From assembly GCA_965203265.1 (NCBI GenBank), contig CBDBBV010000002.1:1554773-1618772 (forward strand): a DNA stretch of 64,000 bases. The letters run 5' to 3'. A program made the position numbers and the translations under genes. Origin of the DNA: Candidatus Poriferihabitaceae bacterium. Lineage in GTDB: Bacteria; Pseudomonadota; Gammaproteobacteria; Arenicellales; Poriferihabitantaceae. Shown in pieces: positions 59,839 to 64,000 of the stretch (position 1 is the first letter of the stretch; every line of letters starts with the position of its first letter). The notes under the pieces are model-generated. The model was not told where the DNA came from, did no database searches, and was given only the letters and a program-made list of their open reading frames with translations.

Positions 59839-60966
59839 TCAGGGGCCGACCAGACTTCCGGGCCAACCCGGCGGTGCCGCCGGATGGCGCGAAAGACGTT
59901 TTGCGGCGGAGCCGAACGGCTCGCCGCGAAGAAGTGCCCGGCGCAAGCGCCGAGTATTTGCGTGCCGCGCGTGCGCCACCCAGCTCGCGATGTGCGGACG
60001 CGCCTCCTCCGGAGTCATGGTGCCGGCCCGCACCCGATCGCGCATACTGCGCAGCCGACCACGGAAGCGGCGTACATTCTCCTCGGGCAACTGCCGCCGA
60101 CCATCCGGCAGCAGAACATAGCCGAGAAAGGTGGTGGGCTCGGTCGTTTCCGCGATGTAGGTCTTGCGCGGATGCAGGGAGAGTCGACGCCGGGCGAGAT
60201 ACGCCGCGATGCGTTGACGCCACTCCGCCAGCACTTCGGGGCTGTCGTGAAACAGGGCGAAGTCGTCCACATAGCGCAGATACCCCGGCGCGATCAGTAC
60301 TTCCTTGACGAAGTGATCCAGACCATCGAGATGCACATTGGCGAACAGCTGGCTGGTCAGATTGCCGATGGGCAGGCCGCGGCGGCGCTCGAAGGGCGTG
60401 AGCAGGTCGTCTCCCGGATAGTGGATATGCACCGGCTCCTGCGGATTCGAGCCGTCGATGATGGCGTCGATAAGCCACAACGTGCGCTTACATGCAATGC
60501 GGCGGCGCAAGTCCGCCTTCAGTATTTCATGGTCGATGGCCGGGAAGTAGCGATAGAGATCGCAACGCAACACATGCGCGAATTTGTCGCGGAAGCGTTC
60601 GTAGCGGGTAACCGCTCGGTGCGTGCCCTTGCCTCGGCGGTTGGCGTAGCTGTCGAAGATGAAGCCGCGCTCGAACAGCGGCTCGATTACCGCGAACAGC
60701 GCATGGTGCACCACCCGATCGCGAAACGGGGCGGCGGACACGGTACGCGGCTTGGGGTCGCGGATGGCTATCTCTACATAGCGCCCCGGTCGCCACTTTC
60801 CGGCAAGCAACTCGCGTTCCAGACGCAACACCTCGCGCTCCAGATTAGCGAGGAATGCGGCCACCCCGGGCTTCCTGCGCTTGCCGAGCGCGGCGCGCTG
60901 TGCCGCCGCTTCCAGCACGGAAAACGAGGCGATGCGCGGAAACAGGCCGTCAGTTCGTTGCGGCAT
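59839..60966 (-). CDS. DGR reverse transcriptase
   Basis: RT motifs include the catalytic YVDD box (GYLRYVDDFALF) and the DGR-diagnostic motif LPIGNLTSQLFANVHL. The start at 60966 (MPQRTDGLF...) overlaps the avd end by 17 nt. Confidence 0.9.
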   Translation of the reverse strand: MPQRTDGLFPRIASFSVLEAAAQRAALGKRRKPGVAAFLANLEREVLRLERELLAGKWRPGRYVEIAIRDPKPRTVSAAPFRDRVVHHALFAVIEPLFERGFIFDSYANRRGKGTHRAVTRYERFRDKFAHVLRCDLYRYFPAIDHEILKADLRRRIACKRTLWLIDAIIDGSNPQEPVHIHYPGDDLLTPFERRRGLPIGNLTSQLFANVHLDGLDHFVKEVLIAPGYLRYVDDFALFHDSPEVLAEWRQRIAAYLARRRLSLHPRKTYIAETTEPTTFLGYVLLPDGRRQLPEENVRRFRGRLRSMRDRVRAGTMTPEEARPHIASWVAHARHANTRRLRRALLRGEPFGSAAKRLSRHPAAPPGWPGSLVGP

Positions 60967-61321
60967 GATGGGTTCTCTGCCAGCCGCCCACCAGCCGCCC
61001 GACCTCATCCACGCGCCGCGCCGCGTATTCGTAGCGGCGTCGGTCGAGGTAGCTCAAGTCCTTGGCGAGACGCAGTAGTAGGCGCAGTTTGTCGAGGTCG
61101 ATGTTGACTCGCTTGAGGATGCGGGTGCGGTCGCGGGTGAAGGTTGCCTCGGTGAGAGCTTCCAAGCAGATGACGGCGGTGGTTTGGATGCGGTCGCCGA
61201 GGAGGAACTTTTGGCTACGGGGGAATCGATCCAGAGTGGGGATCAGCCATTGCGCGAGCTGATACATCGCCTCCAGCGCCGGGCCGCTTTGGCGGGAGGG
61301 GGTTGTGGCGTTGCGGGTCAT
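60950..61321 (-). CDS. avd: DGR accessory variability determinant (Avd, four-helix-bundle protein)
   Basis: It is about 120 aa and basic and helical. ...LAQWLIPTLDRFPRSQKFLLGDRIQTTAVICLEAL...RLAKDLSYL is typical of the Avd / 23S rRNA-IVS four-helix-bundle family. The start is uncertain (61375, 61321 or 61267). Confidence 0.75.
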   Translation of the reverse strand: MTRNATTPSRQSGPALEAMYQLAQWLIPTLDRFPRSQKFLLGDRIQTTAVICLEALTEATFTRDRTRILKRVNIDLDKLRLLLRLAKDLSYLDRRRYEYAARRVDEVGRLVGGWQRTHHAATN

Positions 61322-61410
61322 GTTATTGGGGGCTTTGGTGGTGGGGGTTGTGGTGGGAGGGGTTATTCCACCCATACATCATGACGACACCGCCCAGCGA
61401 AAAAATCCGA

Positions 61411-61428
61411 CCGGGGGCAAGCCCCCGG
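61411..61428 (-). other. GC-rich hairpin (7-bp stem, 4-nt loop) downstream of the VR
   Basis: CCGGGGG-CAAG-CCCCCGG lies 47 nt 3' of the VR homology end, between the target gene stop and avd. Confidence 0.5.
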
Positions 61429-61458
61429 TACCCCCGCAAGAGGCAAAGAGACAAAGAT

Positions 61459-62274
61459 TCATGGGGCGATTGTCCTGGCAACGCGGATACCCACAGAAGT
61501 GCTCCGGTCCCCGGTGGTGCTCCTGAAGCGGTTGGCGGAGCGGAGATTCCGCGGATGGCTGTACCACGAACCGCCCCGCAACACCGCATGTTCACAATCT
61601 CCCGCCTCCCACACACTCCCATCCGTCGGCGCTCCTTCGTAACTTTCATTCCAACAATCTCCAACCCACTCCCATACATTTCCGTGTACATTGTACAAAC
61701 CGAACGCATTCGGCGGATACTTACCCACCGTCACCGTCTTGCCGACTTTTTTGCCATAGTTCGCTTTTGACGTTGAAATCCTGTTTCCCCAGTGATAGCG
61801 CCCCGTGGTTCCCGCCCGCGCCGCGTATTCCCATTCCGATTCACTCAAGAAGCGATATGTCTCCCCGGTCTCGCCACTTAGCCAGTCCAAATATCCCTGT
61901 GCATCATCCCAGCCCACATTGATGACCGGACGCCTCCCCCAGCCCCAACCTGCATCACCTGGTTCATACCCGCCACAGCCACCGGCGGAAACGCACGCAT
62001 CCCATTCATCGAAGGTTACCTCGTACACCCCAACCGCAAACGGCTTCGCGATGGTTACTTCATGCACCGGCCCTTCATCGTTGTCCCGCTCCCCCTCCGA
62101 ATCCGGCGAACCCATCATGAACGAACCGGCCGGTACAACCACCATCTTGGGGCAGTCCGCGCAATCGCGGAAGGTATCGCCGGGTTCCAGTTGGTTTTGC
62201 GCCGGGGCGGATATCGGCAACAGGCCGAGCATTACAGCCGGCAATAGTGATTTGATTGTCAATGATATGTTCAT
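61459..62274 (-). CDS. DGR target: secreted formylglycine-generating-enzyme (SUMF1)/C-type-lectin-fold protein with a C-terminal variable region
   Basis: Signal peptide MNISLTIKSLLPAVMLGLLPISAPA and FGE-sulfatase domain motifs (PVINVGWDDA, YRFLSESEWEYAARAG, NAFGLYNVHGNVWEWV, RGGSW). The VR occupies roughly the last 42 codons, ending 4-5 codons before the stop. Confidence 0.85.
   Translation of the reverse strand: MNISLTIKSLLPAVMLGLLPISAPAQNQLEPGDTFRDCADCPKMVVVPAGSFMMGSPDSEGERDNDEGPVHEVTIAKPFAVGVYEVTFDEWDACVSAGGCGGYEPGDAGWGWGRRPVINVGWDDAQGYLDWLSGETGETYRFLSESEWEYAARAGTTGRYHWGNRISTSKANYGKKVGKTVTVGKYPPNAFGLYNVHGNVWEWVGDCWNESYEGAPTDGSVWEAGDCEHAVLRGGSWYSHPRNLRSANRFRSTTGDRSTSVGIRVARTIAP
61475..61585 (-). 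repeat. DGR variable repeat (VR), 111 nt
   Basis: It aligns base for base with the TR. The substitutions are confined to TR-adenine positions, apart from one T-to-A near the 3' end in the putative IMH. Confidence 0.9.
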
Positions 62275-62325
62275 TTTCGGTTCTCCTTTATCGCTAGTTA
62301 CATGATTTGGGTGATTTCTGCATTA

Positions 62326-62772
62326 CTAGGCCATGGCTGGGACTTTGGGCTTTCTTTCCATGCCATATATCATTTCCGGCAAATCCGCACATAACCAGGG
62401 TAGCGCACGGCAAATGAAGCAATCGATGGGGATTCTGACTGCGTCGGAATGAGAGATTTTCACTACAACGAAATTTTCGTATTCATCCTTCGATATCCTA
62501 TAAAAATAGAAATCCCGATTAACCCAAATCGAGTTATCAAGCGCGACTCTGACTACGGAATCTGTAATACCGTGAACCAGTTCGCGCACATCAAAAATCT
62601 CCCCAGCACTATACAGGCTAAATATGGGCGCATTCGAATGACCTATATCGCTCGATCTGATTCTTAAATCGATGAGATCGGCAGGTTGGGGATCGTGCAT
62701 ATTCAACAATTCATCCAGAGAATTCACTCTTTGCATTTGTCGAGAGCCACGTTCTTCAATTGAATCTGTCAT
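62326..62772 (-). CDS. hypothetical protein (AT-rich gene upstream of the DGR target)
   Basis: 148-aa ORF whose start overlaps the upstream ORF stop (ATGA at 62769-62772). It is markedly AT-rich. No recognisable family. Confidence 0.5.
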   Translation of the reverse strand: MTDSIEERGSRQMQRVNSLDELLNMHDPQPADLIDLRIRSSDIGHSNAPIFSLYSAGEIFDVRELVHGITDSVVRVALDNSIWVNRDFYFYRISKDEYENFVVVKISHSDAVRIPIDCFICRALPWLCADLPEMIYGMERKPKVPAMA

Positions 62773-63296
62773 GATGATTTACCTCTTTCAGGTGTATTGG
62801 ATTTTGTGTTTCGTCTATTTCTGTATTGCAAGAATGTCAAGACAAACCACGCCAGCATTGCTGAACAAGCAAGGAGAAAACTCGTAAAAGAAACCTTTGC
62901 CAAGTTAGTCAAATTATAAAATTCTCCCTTGGTAACACACTCAGTGAAATACTGTGAAGGTAATTGCAAAGAAGTTTTGCAACTTCCAATGGAATTCTGT
63001 TGATAAATTTCCTTGAAGAAACTTGAAATTATTGATTGAATTAAAAAGTTGAATACATATGTTATGGCGCAAAATACCACACACACGAGAAGTATATTGG
63101 GATAGGGAATCCTTCCGACACTACCACCTCTATCGCTTCCAAGCGCCTCATTGATAAGGGTTTCCTTGACCAGAAAAACGATCACACCTATCATAAAATA
63201 GCAAGTTATGTTGGTGGAATAAGTAAGCACATCATATGAATCGATGTATCGCATGAGAAAATAGTTCATTTCGGTTGGCGCTTCGATCATCATCAT
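62769..63296 (-). CDS. hypothetical membrane protein (AT-rich)
   Basis: 175-aa ORF with 3-4 hydrophobic segments. This is the lowest-GC stretch of the window. No recognisable family. Confidence 0.5.
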   Translation of the reverse strand: MMMIEAPTEMNYFLMRYIDSYDVLTYSTNITCYFMIGVIVFLVKETLINEALGSDRGGSVGRIPYPNILLVCVVFCAITYVFNFLIQSIISSFFKEIYQQNSIGSCKTSLQLPSQYFTECVTKGEFYNLTNLAKVSFTSFLLACSAMLAWFVLTFLQYRNRRNTKSNTPERGKSS

Positions 63297-63301
63297 CCCC
63301 C

Positions 63302-64000
63302 CTACTCCACTTCCACAATAATGTGCGCGCTCGACCCCGCTCCCCCGCGATGGCGCCAGGATTGGGTTTGGGTGTTTTTGCCCTCCACGCGGATTTCTCC
63401 GGTGTTCTCGTCAGCATATGAGCAGTTGCCCTTGTTCCCGCTGCCGTTTATGGCAAACAATTTCACGCGGTTGCGACCCTGTTGCACCCGCACATCGTCG
63501 CAGTCCCAATCATTGTCGATTTCGCCGTAGAACACGCTCCCGCCATTCACCGATACCCGCACCCGATCGCCGTCCTCGCATTCGTGGTCGCGCACGCAGA
63601 CTCGTATTTCTCGCTGACCCTCGGATATGGTGATGTTGAAATCGCGCAGGGGTTGCGCCGAAAAGGTGTCCGGTGCCCAGTTGGTGCGGACGATTTTGTA
63701 AGTGTCCTCGTCGTCACGAACATGCCGCTCGAATTCACGCTCGGCGGAGGAGGAGGATTTTTCGAAGTAGCAATAACTTTCGGAACGGGCTGGCTCGAAT
63801 CCCTCGTCCTCCAGATATTCGTGGAAGGCGTTTTCCACCCCCATTGTGTAGGAATAGTCGCCGAGGAATATCGCGCTGTAATATCGCGTGCGCGGATCGT
63901 CCGAAAAGGATCCCATGATACAGAATATGTAGTCATCGTCATCAGCGTTTGCAGGGGCCGGGACGAAACTGGCGAAAATCAGGAGCAGTGCTGTGTAGCC
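63302..64000 (-). CDS. hypothetical secreted protein, 5' end beyond the window
   Basis: The frame of ORF 63302..63916 stays open to position 64000. The extra residues (...ALLLIFASFVPAPANA/DDDDY) look like a signal peptide, so the real start lies beyond the window. The C-terminus is Cys/Asp-rich and probably beta-rich. Confidence 0.5.
   Translation of the reverse strand, partial: GYTALLLIFASFVPAPANADDDDYIFCIMGSFSDDPRTRYYSAIFLGDYSYTMGVENAFHEYLEDEGFEPARSESYCYFEKSSSSAEREFERHVRDDEDTYKIVRTNWAPDTFSAQPLRDFNITISEGQREIRVCVRDHECEDGDRVRVSVNGGSVFYGEIDNDWDCDDVRVQQGRNRVKLFAINGSGNKGNCSYADENTGEIRVEGKNTQTQSWRHRGGAGSSAHIIVEVE

Noticed and set aside
59833-59841. A possible extension of the TR/VR homology by a shared TGAAC block.
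   Set aside because: It is separated from the main repeat by four consecutive mismatches that are not at TR adenines. In the TR copy it overlaps the RT stop codon. It is probably coincidental.

Overview
This is a high-GC, gammaproteobacterial-type chromosomal segment. The housekeeping backbone is dense: speB, rph-rdgB-gpmI, rpsU, mltA, rnd, mpl, dsbA, priA, pyrC, ppiD, tRNA-Asp/Val, hupB-lon-clpX-clpP-tig, a Pro-Arg-His-Lys-Leu tRNA cluster, htpG and tag. A long minus-strand catabolic/transport operon adds a DMGDH-like oxidoreductase, PotDABC-like ABC transporter, MetE-like protein and mmsA. Several visibly lower-GC accessory insertions interrupt this backbone. (1) A type II R-M pair lies between speB and rph (1337-2937). 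(2) An orphan type I HsdS gene sits at 24954-26372. (3) A tnpA-less IS200/IS605-type TnpB element with matching terminal hairpins is wedged between priA and pyrC (about 31925-33140). (4) An orphan DNA methyltransferase is followed by a roughly 40-codon nuclease-like remnant (57929-58734). (5) Most notable is a complete diversity-generating retroelement (DGR) at 59.7-62.3 kb on the minus strand, made of an FGE/C-type-lectin-fold target with a C-terminal VR, avd, a reverse transcriptase and a 111-nt TR. The TR and VR differ at 13 positions, 12 of them TR adenines. Uncharacterised AT-rich genes lie directly upstream of the DGR target. A second striking feature is a 1139-aa autotransporter (49163-52582) carrying a perfect 27-nt homopolymeric C tract (G27 on the plus strand) in its 5' coding region, a candidate slipped-strand phase-variation switch. 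No rRNA and no CRISPR array were seen. Many long ORFs in the track are antisense shadow ORFs typical of high-GC DNA and were rejected.
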